Assembly: GCA_001949185.1 (NCBI GenBank)
Contig: BDGG01000015.1
Coordinates: 811,036-875,035, forward strand
Origin: Ramazzottius varieornatus
Lineage: Eukaryota; Animalia; Tardigrada
Reading direction: 5' to 3'
DNA length: 64,000 nucleotides
A model generated the notes under the pieces. It made no database searches, had not been told where the DNA came from, and saw only the letters and a program-made list of their open reading frames with translations. Position numbers and translations under genes: made by a program. Shown here piece by piece: positions 26,440 to 38,885 of the stretch (positions are counted from its first letter, which is position 1; each line of letters begins with the position of its first letter).

Positions 26440-27716
26440 TTAGGGAAGAAAAGGGAGGAAAGAGTGACGAAAGGGAGGCAAAACGCGTAGAGATGGCCAG
26501 AAATGTCGAAACAGCAACGTCTAACATGGAGAGAAAGAAAGAGAATCGATGTAAGCTGACGATGTCAAGAATCGTCGTTTTGCTTTACGCACGCAACTTT
26601 CGTATAATTTTCTTGTGCGCGAGTGTTGCTAGAGCGCGATTGAACGAGAGCCTGTGCGAGGGATGGATCTGTTTTTCACGCTGCGAAAAAGCGTGTTTTG
26701 TTTGAAGCGAGGCGGCGGCTGACTGATTGACTGATTTTGAGGCGTTTGAAAAATCGAAAATCCAAATGGGTGGTCCTTGCCTAAGAGAGCACAGAGAAGA
26801 CGATTGGACGGAGAGCGAGCACGTACATCCACAAAGCAAGACTGCGGCGAGAAAGAAGGCACATGAATCATCATGACAACATCGTAGTTGTACGGCGGAA
26901 CGGTAGTCATAGTAATGACGTCATTCTATTCATAGACACAGATCAATAACACGGGGAAACCTGATTGACTGAATGGGCAATCTGCCAAGAGCCAAAGACC
27001 ATTTCTTTGATCTTCTTCATTCTTCTGCATCGCAAATGTTCTCGCAAGGTTTCGAGCCAACTTCCAAGAGGGAAAGGTGGTTGAAACATGGAAGAACAGC
27101 CTGCTCAACGAATGCAGCAGGCCATCCCAAAGAGCTGTTTCGGTTTGAAGAACAAGGTATCTGCTTGCCCCCTGTGCAATGCTGGCAAGGTTGTGTCCAT
27201 CACCCCGAATTTCCAATTTCCATTCTCGACCCTTGGGGTCCGTTTGAAATCGAAACCATTACACTAAAATAAATACTATTAAAATTGTATTCCCACTATT
27301 GTTCGAACGAAGTCCAGGATCTTTGGGATTCTTCCGAGCGTGCTGCGTGCGTAGGTTGCTTTGCAGATTCTGGTACGTCCATCTTGTACGGCGCGAGCTG
27401 CTACAGTTTCCCTCTTGCACTGCAAGACGTCTGCCGGCTGTCCAGAATCCAGACGACGGACCAAGATGGTGCGCACTGCGACGTCGTGATTCCAACGGCT
27501 CCACTGCCATCACCGGCCTTAGCCTTCTCTAGTTTCGCATGTGGAATCTTCTGCATGCATTGGCTACAGAAGCTAAATTCAAGGCTTACTCGAGTCCATT
27601 CCTGCTGAATCAGCGACGGGTAAGTTCGAGGATGCACTGAGAGACACTTGGTTGATAATGACTGTTGCCGTCAGGGTTCACTCGCTTTTTACAGAATCGA
27701 GTCAGCTGATGGCGTT

Positions 27717-29418
27717 ATGGACGATTTCGGCATAGGCAACGCAGAGAATGTCCAGATCTTGGTGGAGAACTCTCCGCTAACTGCCGTCGGATTGCCGGAA
27801 AGCAGGTGAAAAACGCTTTTGCGGAATCAAGTGGTGAAATAATGCAGTCTTTGAAATACTTCATTTTGTAGCTTCGCAGAAGATAGCTTCCATGAGCGGA
27901 TTCCTTCACGTTTCCGTCGGTTGGACGAGCTGGGAAAAGGCCAGTACGCCACGGTATACCGAGCGGAGGATTTGGAGGACAGCAAGAAGATCGTCGCCAT
28001 CAAGCATCTTCGCCTGCTGACCGACTGTGAACGGACACATCTCGGAGGAAGCACCAACGACCTCCGCGAAGCAGAAATCCTCTCCTCCTTAGCTCACCCC
28101 AACATCATCAGACTGATTTCCTCCTTTAACGACGGGCCTCAGAAGACGCTCATCATGGAATGCATGGACTTTTCGTTGGAAGATGTCATCAGGGACAAAC
28201 GCAGTCTTCCAGAGTTCCTTTTCTCCCATATCATGTATTATTTATTACACATCACTCACGGCTTAGCCTATCTCCATAAAGAGAAGGTAGTGCACCGAGA
28301 TTTGAAGCCGAATAATGTGCTGCTGAATGTGAAAGGCGAGGTGAAGATTGCGGACTTTGGTTGTTCGAAGCGTTACTGCCACTCAGATCCACGCTATACA
28401 AAGCAACGTGGATCGAGAACCTACCTGCCGCCGGAAGTCCTCCTTTGCTCCAGCGTTGTTAACGAGACTGTCGATCTCTGGGCGCTGGGATGTATCAGTG
28501 CGGAATTTTGTACGAGAAAGCCGCTCTTCGGCGTTGAAGGTAACAAAATCCGAATTCTTATAAATTAATCCGAATATTGGTGAAATTGGCAGGCCATGTG
28601 GGATACGACGTCTTCCGTGCGTTTTGGCACGCCGAACGGTCCATACTAGTACATGGGAAAAACGTCATGGGCTTATTGTGCGCCAACGTTGTGGGTTGAA
28701 AATTAAACCATTTGCGGAAACGCAAAAATTCGGTTAGGGCAAGTAAGTTATGGTGAATCATGTTATGGTGTGCGAGATACCATGATTTGACATAACAAGA
28801 TTCTGTATTTCCGCAATTGGTCTATTAACAGCTGGTTTCAAACAAATGTACAGTATTAAACTTGAAATGCCCATTGCCCAGGGTCGAAGTTGCAAACATT
28901 TCCTGCTTTCAGGAGAAGGTTCGGACTTGGCACAGCTGACTCGCATACACAGTATCCTCGGCTCTCCTGATTCCGAAGACTATCCAGAGGGCCAAGTGAA
29001 GGGCATCGATGTCAGCAAGTTCCACCGGTACCCCAGAGTTCCTCCCAACGAAATCATTCCAAAAGCCCATGACGTTGTCCACACAGTGATGGGAAAGTGC
29101 CTGGTCTACGACGTGGGTAAACGCTGGACGTCCCAGGCATGTCTGACCCATTTGTTACAGTTCGACGGGGAAGGTACCAGCTTTCACGTACCAGATCCGT
29201 GGCCAGTTCCGCGAACGGCTCGCAGAAGAGAGTCGCTGATTATACCACCAGCCAAGAGACGCTCTGAGCAAATAACGCCATTAGAATCCTCCAACACGCT
29301 GGACTTGAGCATCAACGAAGAGGAAGAAGAGTCGCATTCTCCCAGCAAGAAACCTAGACTATCTGGCAATCTTCAAGAGAAGCTCTGTCATTCCAAAGTG
29401 AGAAGGAAGTTGTTCTGA
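27717..29418 (+). CDS. Divergent CDK7-like Ser/Thr kinase
   Basis: LGKGQYATVY, VAIK, HRDLKPNNVLL, DFG and DLWALGCI motifs, plus a last exon GEGSDLAQLTRI. The GQYATVY and HRDLKPNN motifs are closest to CDK7. The 5' end is uncertain. Confidence 0.8.
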
Positions 29419-29690
29419 GTGGCGCATGAATGATGGATCTCTGCGTATTTTATTTTATCTCGTTTACACTATTCGACTTTTCCCTCTCTTTAAGAATTTT
29501 CCCCTCTTACACTTTCAGTCGAACTCTGTTGGGTTTATACCGATGTGTTTTTATACAGTTTTGCCGTTGTTTAAAGCTTTTCAACTCTCAAAGAAATTAC
29601 AAAAAAATTAAAACAGTAAGACCATGATGTCGTGGACAATGAAAATTGATCGATCTTGCTTATTCGTTAAGTCTTTTGTTTTTCATTTGC

Positions 29691-30777
29691 TTAGTCGTCG
29701 TCCATTTCCATCTGACGCTTCTTGCTCCGTCCCCCTGTACCCGGCAGGACTCCTCGGAGATGGACAGTAATGTCCACAGAACTGAGGTACCTTCCATGGA
29801 TGTTCACCTTACTCTTTTTGTAAAAGACGGTTTTCTCGTGGTTCCCCGGATTGCCAGCCGTTAAGTCATCTACGTCGCCCTGAAGCTGCTTCGTGCTACC
29901 AGCGACGGCTAAACGGAACGCGGGCTGAGATTTATCTTTGCGAGCCTTCCTTCTCTGTTTCCGAACCTCGATAGGCAGTTTCATTTCCTGCGCAAGAAGT
30001 TAATAAACGCTCACCCTGCAAAAGTGTTCTCCATAGAAAAAAAACTGGGACGTGGACAAATAAATTCGTCCGATCGACGGCGATCGTTGTCGCAAGTGGC
30101 GTTCGCTTCCGCTAAATAACAGTGCAAGCTTGCGCCACCTGGGAAAACAATGCTGAGTCGCTGACGAGTTTTCCAGTGGCGCACGCTATCGTCCAGTAAC
30201 AATGAAACCATCCGCTACTTGCGATAACGATCTGGGCGAACACTTCTGCCCCTTCTATTTCTTACATCGACAATTTTGGTGTCGTGCTCTCCCATCATCG
30301 TTTCGACCTCGGCCACTGCTTGCTTCCAATTGACTTCCCTCGGTCGTGATAGCTCCGAAGACTGGAATGGCTTCAGCCTCGGTGAATCTTTCAGGCTGGC
30401 CAGGGCGGATTTGTAAAAGTCGACAAACGCACCTTCGACTTGGAAGTCGCCCGGAAGTTCCTCGCCAATCCGGTTGATGGCTTTCTTGAGTACTCTTTCT
30501 TGGAAGAACATTTCGCCGCTCAGTAGGTAGTTGAGTTGGTGGGCAGGAGTAGATATAGCAGCGGTCAACTCATCTATCGCGTCTTTCGAGCCATCCTTTG
30601 TTCTTTTGGCAGCTTCTTCGAGAAGCGTCGGAATGCTCATGGAAGCCAGGGCGTCCATGGTATCCGCTGTCCGCTTTTCACCTGTGCGACACCTGCAGAG
30701 TACCACGAGGAAGGGTCGAGGTGGAATAGTTAGCTGTACGTTTCCTTGCACAGGAATTTCTCCGAATTCCGGCTGAA
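29691..30777 (-). CDS. Uncharacterised protein (multi-exon)
   Basis: Open exons at about 30266-30692 and 29813-29987 are joined by a GT-AG intron. No recognisable motif; both ends are uncertain. Confidence 0.5.
30094..30220. repeat. Fixed-spacer palindrome, 2 units (intron of unknown gene)
   Basis: Units at 30094 and 30174, both N25. Confidence 0.87.
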
Positions 30778-30963
30778 ACCTCCGAGAAAGAAAACCAAAA
30801 CAGTTCGTTAAAGTTTACTTGGCCCCGGCCAGACCAGCCGACTGATTCGTACCCCTGATTTTAACTGTGACTGAATCGAGCAATCATCCAGACGGTGTAC
30901 AGGTCGAAACACTCCAAATAAATATTTATTTATTTGAATTCGTGCGCGGCGCTTTCATTCAGA

Positions 30964-31692
30964 CAGTGTAGACATGGCGAGGACAGGTGAGGTCTCACAA
31001 ATAGCCACTCTCATCTTTCGGTCTCATGTTTCGACGGATCGTGGGCCGGCTCGAACACGCTGAAACGCTGCTATTGGTCAACTCGGAATCCAAGACCTCG
31101 ATTCTGAGATCGTGCCCGACTGGTCTCATGGAAAACTGAAATTTCGATGAGACCGATTTCTGAGACCGTCCGGTAAATTATCCCCTCTAACTTTTGCGTA
31201 TCTCTGCGCGTTCCGGAGCCTGAAGGCTGCCCCTTTCGGGATTGTGGCCGCAGCGTGCGGTGTCGAACTTTTACATGGGATTACGACATAACGTTACACG
31301 CATCTAACCCTACTTCAGTGGCGCACTTCAATCCCCACGATGCCCGAGGAATCGCGACTCAAGCTTGGAGATTTGCTTCTCCTTTTCGTGCCATGCAAAA
31401 TGTTAAAGTGAGTTCGGAATAGTAAAAGATGGTCGAGAGTCAAGACACCACTGTGGATCCGGTCAGAGTTTTTCACTTCCGGTCGGCAGAGCAAGTATTG
31501 CGATATGAGAGTGCACAAACGGGAGACCGCGAGGCGGAATTCCTCGCATGCACAGGTGATGGCGTCACTTTTGACTCACGTAAAGCTTGACTGGGGCGGA
31601 GTGGATTTTTCCAAATCTGAGACTACAACCTGAGAGTCGCGAATACGATGGCAGTTTATGAGACCTGACCTGTGCTCGCAAGGTCTATAGTG
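30964..31692. mobile_element. Degenerate non-autonomous DNA transposon / MITE
   Basis: About 46-bp imperfect terminal inverted repeats (CAGTGTAGACATGGCGAGGACAGGTGAGGTCTCA vs reverse complement CACTATAGACCTTGCGAGCACAGGTCAGGTCTCA) and internal GGTCTCA/TGAGACC repeats. No clear TSD. Confidence 0.7.
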
Positions 31693-32095
31693 TTGTTTGA
31701 TGAATGCGATCTCGGTTCGGCGCTGGCCTAAAGCGGATTGGAGCGGGTGAAACCGGCTGCAAGTTTACCTCTAGTGCAGAGGAATAACACAGTAATTTAT
31801 TTATTTTTTCCGTAGTTTTTGTCTCCCGAGTCCCGACTCTCCGCGATCCCTTCCTTCTTCCGCATTCCTCCCTTTGTAGTACTCTCCGGATTCCACGTAC
31901 CTCCTTCTGAACATATTCTCCCTGGTCTGCGGTGCCTGAGACAGTTATTATAATACTCTTTGTCTCATCTGGTAACCCGTGCGAAGTGGGGCGACTCTAC
32001 AGTCTGATTATTGTGGTATTCTCCCTTGAATTGTGCCGTTGATTGACTGATCACTCCACTATGTGAGTGACTGGAAGAAAGCATTTCAAACGACC

Positions 32096-34714
32096 ATGTC
32101 TACATCCTTCCGGTCATACTACAACGCCTTTGGGTTTAACGGGCAGAAGAAGCAGCAGACCAACAGTCCGGTCATTGAGAATGTCGAGTTCGTGAATAAC
32201 ATACCCGATGTACGGATTCTGCCTCCTTTACGCCACGGTGAGTTGACCACTTCCGGTCGCTGAATCCATGCTGAACAAAATTCTTACTCGGTCAGTTTCT
32301 GAGCTCTTACACCATTTTCGGAAACCTGTGAACTTGTGCAGATCGCTGTGTGTTGTTTCAGGGGAAGAAATTATCGCGCAGGCGCAGAGAGTGCACGTTT
32401 TTCAGCCGCTGTCGCTCAACAATCAAGGCTTGATTGGTGAGCTGTACATCACCAACTTCCGGTTGAGCTTTCAGACCCTGCGCTTCCCCGACTACCGTCA
32501 AGATCACCAGGCAGCTGTCCATGACTACTGGCATCCCTGGACGCCTGGTCTCATCGACATTCCCCTCCTCAGCATCGCTCAGATGTTTCGACTGTCCAAA
32601 AGCGGAAAGAGGAAGCCTTTCAAGATCGGCGGACTGAAGCGTCTCGTCATCCTCTGTAAGAACTTCCGACTAGAAACCTTCTCATTCCAGCTGTCCTCCA
32701 CTTCCGATTCACACTCTGTGGCTTCTGCCCTCTCTGGGTATGTGCACCCATTAGAGAAAGAAAGACTGTTTGTGTATCATTACGGGGCGAAGAATACTAA
32801 TCCAAGTGTCGGCAACGATACTAGTGGTGATTCCGTACCGTCGTTCAGCATGAGGAGTGACTGGATCACCGAAATGAAACGCACAGACACGAACTTTGCC
32901 TCGTGGAGGATCCTGCAAGCTAATGAGAACTTCCATATATGTTCCAGTCTTCCGAGATGTTTCGTAGTTCCTTTCGCGGTAGGTGAGGACGCCAAACTGG
33001 AGAACCTGTGTGCGCTGCTGAATCCTGCTGAAGAACGGAGACCGCTGGTTTGGACCTGGAGTTATGGGGCTGCTTCGCTTTGTAGAATGTCTGGAGACAT
33101 CGATGACACGTAAGGAATATTGAAATAGATTTTGATGCAATTTCGAACCGACTAAAAGTCGCGATTTCGGTAAAGAAACTCGACGAGATCGTTTTTCGCA
33201 AGTGGCGCACAGTCTCAGCCAGTAACACCGAAAATGAGCGCCACTGTGATGTGTGACAAGATGCATTCCGAAGTGGCGCACGGTTGCGATCGATAACAAT
33301 GAGGACCTGTGCCGCTATGTGGACCAGAATGTAGTCTTGGAATGCAAGTTCGTTTGCCGAGCTCGTCGTTTGGTCTCATATGTTAATATACTTACATTTT
33401 TCTCGAAGGTTTTTTCGAGCAGTTCAGCAGTCGCATCCGCAGAGACATACCCCAAGGATACTCGATGTTGGAGCTATGTGTCCGAATATCCGAGAAATTA
33501 AGCGATCGCAGGAGATTCTACGCGATCTTCTACTAGTCGAGTCAGCTTCAGCTCTTGAGTCTTCCGACGACAAGTGGTACCACGATTTGGAGAGCTCTAG
33601 GTGGTTGCAGTATGTCTCTCGATGTTTGGAAACCTGCCGAATGGCCGTAGCTGATCTCCAGAAGAACATTTCTGTGATATTAAAAGGTATACGCTTTTTC
33701 TCTTGATGTATTTTATCACTGGTGCTTCTTCTTTCTTCATTGAGTGATCGGCAGGCTGGACAAGATTGTTGTGCCACGTGGCGCAAATTCTCAGTGTTAT
33801 TGACTGGACATGTACGCTACTTGGGCAAACGATCTTGTCGAGTTTGCCTGCCCAACTCGTATTTATTTGTGCTTGGTTTTTTTCCAGAAACCGGTGATCG
33901 AGACCTGAACTGTGCAGTGTCTTCACTCGTGCAGCTCTGTCTCGACGTTTCCTGCAGGACGCTGAAAGGCTTCCACAGACTGATCGAGAAAGAGTTTGTG
34001 GCATTCGGACACCGTTTCCGTGACAGGCTGGCCTTGGTGAAGACAGACCCCGAAAGAGAGTCTCCCGTGTTTCTTCTTTTCCTTGACTGTGTTCATCAGT
34101 TGCTTGTACAGAATCCTGGTTGTTTCGAGTTTACCGATGTCTACCTCGTGCTGTTATGGGACTCTTCCCTCATGGGTTCCTTCAAAACCTTCTCTATGAA
34201 CTGTCAACGAGACTTGCAGGGTACTTCCAGTCCATCGATGCCCTCAGTATGGAATCTGAGCTTCAAGCCGGACTTGAAGGAGAGCATCATGGACCCTCTT
34301 TACACAACGACCAACGCCACTTCGCAGCTTGTCGGATCTCCCAGTAATGTGATAGTAAGCCTCAACTCTAACCTACCTTGTTTACAGCTGTGGAAGCATT
34401 GCTTTTTTCGCTTCGTTCCACCGTTGGCCGTCAGTTCGGCCGTCTCGAGAAAGAGTACGGTGATGAGGGAACTTTGCCATCGGGTGGATGGCGCGATGGC
34501 GGAAATGAGGGGCTTGCAGAATGGCGAGCTGGTGGACGGCTTCGCCAACGGGGAAGTGTCGGTCGATGGGGAAGATGTCTCCTATGAAGACTTGGCCAGT
34601 CTGGCTAGTGGCGACTCGCTGAAAGCTGCAACGATTGTCAGGAGAAGGTCGCAACTGCTGCGGCCCTTCGTCCCCAATGCAACGAGCCAGACTCTAATGA
34701 CGTTTCAGAAATGA
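32096..34714 (+). CDS. MTMR10: Myotubularin-related protein 10/11/12-like pseudophosphatase
   Basis: GELYITNFRL (PH-GRAM), WYHDLESSRWLQYV, catalytic loop KETGDRDLNC (no CX5R cysteine), and SPVFLLFLDCVHQL. Confidence 0.9.
33200..33317. repeat. Fixed-spacer palindrome, 2 units (MTMR intron)
   Basis: Units at 33200 and 33271, both N25. Confidence 0.88.
33776..33822. repeat. Fixed-spacer palindrome, 1 unit (MTMR intron)
   Basis: ACGTGGCGCAA-N25-GTACGCTACTT with flank GGGCAAACGATCTTGTCGAGTTTG. Confidence 0.88.
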
Positions 34715-35405
34715 GCAGTTTTACATCGATATGTGTTTTGAAGTACAAGTTGGGGTTTTTGGGATTTGAACAATGTGTAATTTCTTTGGTTGAACCGGTT
34801 ATTGGCTTTGGTTGTTGTATGATACATTTTACGGAAGATTCCGACTTTGCATCTACATAGCAATAAACGAGAACTACCGAGGACTGTTCGGCCTCCATGC
34901 TTTGTGAAGAGTTCCTCCTCGAAGAGTCTTGTGAGAAATTCTGCTTACAAAGGACCGTTAGAAAATAACGTGAAAAAATTTTTTTCAAAAAAGTATTGAT
35001 GTGGTTCGACTTGGCGCGGGCTCGGTCTTCCTTTTGAGCCGTAACACCTGAGTGCTGATCATACGTTATTTGATAGAATCTGAATCTGATCAGGTTGGCT
35101 TTGAAGGTGAGCGCTCTGGGTCAACTTCCTTTGTCTTGAACCGAATGTTATTTTGCCAGCTTACCTTCTTCAGTTCTTCTCCTTTGAGGCTTCATAATTA
35201 TGTTCTTTCCTTGCTCCATTTTGTAAGGTTCGGATATCCCATCGTTTTTCTGTTTCGTGAGGGAGCGAGTCAGAGTTTCCCGCAGAACGTTTTTCACGGT
35301 ACTTTCTATGGTCGACACTGGTGTTGACTGTTGACAGGGCGCCAGTTTAACTGTGGTACTTGTGTTGTTTCTTTCAGTGACTTCCTGAACCGTATAATCG
35401 GCACC

Positions 35406-38400
35406 ATGTCCATGTTGGACCTGAACAATGTGGGCAACAACTTCTTCGCTCTCCGACAGATTGAGCGGGACAAGCTGAAAGAGGAAGCTGACGAGCTGCG
35501 AAGAGTCTTGAACGCCGAGCTAGAATCGGACACCTTCAGAGAACTCCAGGTTTTACAAAGCCGGAAGTCAAAGCCGCTGACGGAAGAAGAACGCTTGTCG
35601 CTCGATTTTCGAACCGAGGACGCTGAAACTTCTCCTCAACCGGACTGGAAGCAGGAAGAAAAGCCGCCTTCGACCGCCTTCGACGTAGGTTTCCTATAAT
35701 CCACAGGTATGACGCTGACGTGACCATCAAGTGGGCAAAGAAATATACAAAATCCTACCGGAAGCGAACCACCTACACGGACAACGCCTGGCAGAGAAAC
35801 AGAACGTTAGTGAAGATGGCCAAGAGTGTACAACTGGTCGACTGGGAGAACACGGACGATGGCTTCATCCAGTACGAACAACAGTATCGAACTGAACCAG
35901 TGCCGCTCTACATTGATACATTCATGGATATGTGCTATCCTCCCATCAACGAAGACTTCCCGCTTTATGTGGTCAGCTTTATCCGCGGTGCCTTCTTCTT
36001 TAGCTGGAAGGAAATCGGTAAGAACCGTCTCTGGGATCGGTATTGGAATAAAAGCTCGTGCTTTGGTGGTTAAGTCAGATATCGAGCGATCAAACAAGTT
36101 TCCCGGGTGACGCACATTGAGAAGGATGTTGCCCAGGAACGTGCGCCACTTGGGGAAAACCAACTTGTCCAGTTCGGTTTCTTTCCCCAAGTGGCGCGCG
36201 TACTCAGTCTTTCTGGTTGGAAGGGTGCGCCACTTTAAATGAATAATAACGGTCTTGTTTTCTGTCGGTTATTTGATGGTGAAATGCAGTACTGTCTGTT
36301 GTTGCAGACGATGAAAGACGAGGGTTCGAAGAACTGCTGAAGAAAGACCACATGGGTGTGGGATTGGGTTTACGCTGTACTCTCCAAGGAGACGTCGTCG
36401 ATGTTCGGGCAGGTATTCGATTTACAGTAGGGGCCCTTGGTCTCACGGTACGCCACTAGCACTGTTTTGCAGTCCTTAATGCTTTACTGTACTGTGTGAC
36501 GTCATTAAGTTGGACCGACTTTACTCAACTGCAGCTGCCAAAATTATAAGTTATGCTCAACCGTAAAGTTAGGACTTCTAGAATTCCCTGAGCTCTTCGT
36601 ATCAAAACTCACAAAGTGTCTTCATCGCTACCCTCTCCTCCCTTGTCATCGTATTCCACCAGTGAATGAAATTCAGATTCCTCAGGGGCAAAGTCAGCGA
36701 AACTAAACTCATTATCCAAACGAGGCAAATGTTGATCAACAGTCTCGTACTTAATCTTGCAATGCCGAAAGCAATTAATCCTAGTTTTGACAGACACAGC
36801 TTCGTCAGCTTCAACTGACCACAAACAAGCATCTCAAACGGTGACTCCTTTGAAGTAGCCTTCAGCAGTCTTGAAAGACTCCCTCTTGGCGTAGACGTCG
36901 TGACACATTCTGCGCCGGAAATGGTCTTTAAACGATTTGATTATTCCTGCATCGAAAGGCTTTGCTTTCGATGTGCAGTTCGGAGGTAAGAAAAACAGCC
37001 GAATGTTGGAGGTTTCGTTAACCTTATGACCTGAAAATTTGTCGACGATCAAAGCAATTCTGCGTTCCTGGCTGATCATCTTCTTGTTGAGTTCTTCCAG
37101 AAATTCTGAAAAGATCTTTCCTGTCATCCAGCTTGTAGAATTAAGCCTGTAATAGAAAATATGTTTGATGGTATCACGCCTGCTCACTCCAGCTTTGGTG
37201 AAGGCGCGAGGTTGTACCGATTTTCCGACCAGCCACACCGGAAATCGTTCACCCAGCGCATTTCCTGTCAAAAGAACAGTGATTCGCTCTTTCTTCAGCT
37301 TGACGCCTTTGGGTGTTCCTTCTTCTCCAACCAGCGACTTGTTGGGAAATTGACGGTAGAGAAGACCCAGTTCATCTGCATTCCAGATATCTTTGAGATC
37401 AAACTCCAAAAGTATGTTAGGCAAATCGTCGTTGTACCACTTCTCCAAGGCCGAGACGTCCGCACTGGAACCTTCTCCTACGAACAAAAGAAAACATTTT
37501 ACTGCTACAGTGTTCAGGGAGTTCCAGCAAGATGAGGACAACCATACAGACTGAAACATACCATGAAGAATTTTGGTATTGTAACCGTGACGCTTGCAAA
37601 ATCTTCGCAGCCATCCTTTGCTTGCTCTGAATTCAGAAATCTCTTCCGATTCCGCGAAAAGTACTGCCATGTCTCCCAACCAACGTCCGGTAATACAGGT
37701 ACCTCCCTGACGCGTCTCCTTGAGAATCCTGAGCATTGCTTCATCAAATTGAGGATAAACTGGCAGCTTAAGTTGCTTGACGGAAGGCTTCTGATTTTCA
37801 AGTGACAGTCTTATCTTCTTCTCGTTCCTTCAATAATATCTGACCGACGATTCATGAAGGTTAAACATGTCGCAAAGCTGCGCATTCTTTACCTAAAGAC
37901 GAACGGTAATGGGGATCACAAAACGCTTTACGAGAAGCAAAGAGGACAGAAATATCAAGCACGATTTCACTTACTCCTGCATCCATCGCCATCAACAGAT
38001 TCCTCTTCTGAGCGGAGTCCAGTTGGTGGGAAGACTTCGCCACACTATCATTCGCATCATTCCGGTTCCTGTTCTTCAGCATTTTGACGGCACGGAAAGA
38101 GTAGTACAGTGAGAAAAGATCTGATGAATTCAGTATTATAACACAAGAAACAGTTTTCACAATTCCACTGTTTTCCTGTTTTACGTGCCCAAAACGGACT
38201 AGCCGAAATCATGACGTCACAAGTAGTCAGCTGTGTACGTTTGAACCCAGATAAGTCCTCTGACGTACCGTGAGACCAAGGGCCCCTACTGTATGCTTGG
38301 ACTGGTTAAACCCAAGGCTATAAAGCCTCATACATAAACCTTCTACGTGCTCAGTATTTTCTGTGAGACAGGATCAAAGGATGCCGAGTGGAAGCGAGCA

Positions 38401-38885
38401 GTGGTCAAGCAGGTTCATAAGCGAGCGAACCAGATCCACGTTGGCCTGGTGGAGTACGGCTTTGAGACTGTTGTCATTGGCGAGGAAAAAGGGAAGAGTA
38501 TTTTGGAAGACCACTACAGCAAATCCGAACGTAGGCGAGTTTTCTTCGCTTGTCGCTTCGTTCTGGACGGAGTGGGTAAGGACTGTAGAATTTCACGAAC
38601 CTACATACTTCAGTGGTTTCAATTTCCCTAACTCAGGCTGATTTTTCTCAAAATTTACAATGGGATAGTTAACGTTTCCCCTCCTTTTTTTGAGATCCCA
38701 CGATGCTGGCCGAAGGTTTCCCGGCCTACAATTTGCTGAAGGATAGTGTGCAAGGAGTGGAGGCCGTAGTGCGGTGCTCACGAAGAGAGGGTCGCACGGC
38801 ATTCGGCCGGATGTGGATCAGACCTGAGGATGAATTGTACGACCTGGCTGCCGAGATCAAGAAGCTATCGGGGAGTTCGAAGTGA
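35406..38885 (+). CDS. Uncharacterised multi-exon gene, apparently frameshifted, hosting an intronic transposon
   Basis: In-phase exons at about 35406-36017, 36309-36411, 38372-38530 and 38695-38885. The reading frame changes near 35660 with no plausible intron. Confidence 0.5.
36105..36235. repeat. Fixed-spacer palindrome, 2 units (intron of unknown gene)
   Basis: Units at 36105 and 36189, both N25. Confidence 0.9.
36425..38291 (-). mobile_element. Tigger/pogo-family DNA transposon
   Basis: Perfect 28-bp TIRs CAGTAGGGGCCCTTGGTCTCACGGTACG flanked by a TA TSD; 1867 bp; encodes a CENP-B-like HTH plus DDE transposase. Confidence 0.96.
36609..38082 (-). pseudogene. Tigger/pogo transposase, two introns, two premature stops
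   Basis: ASKGWLRRF, WNADELGL, IVDKFSGH, FLPPNCTS and PFDAGII motifs; in-frame TGA at 37830-37832 and 36834-36836. Confidence 0.85.

Noticed and set aside
26973-27620. Possible upstream coding exons of the CDK-like gene
   Set aside because: The splice combinations I tried run into stops; more likely UTR or uORF.
31316-31326. Isolated half-sites of the palindrome (also near 11526 and 13050)
   Set aside because: No convincing partner arm at 24-25 bp, so not counted as units.
33670-33915. Missing catalytic Cys in the myotubularin
   Set aside because: This is the normal state of the MTMR10/11/12 subfamily, so it is not novel.
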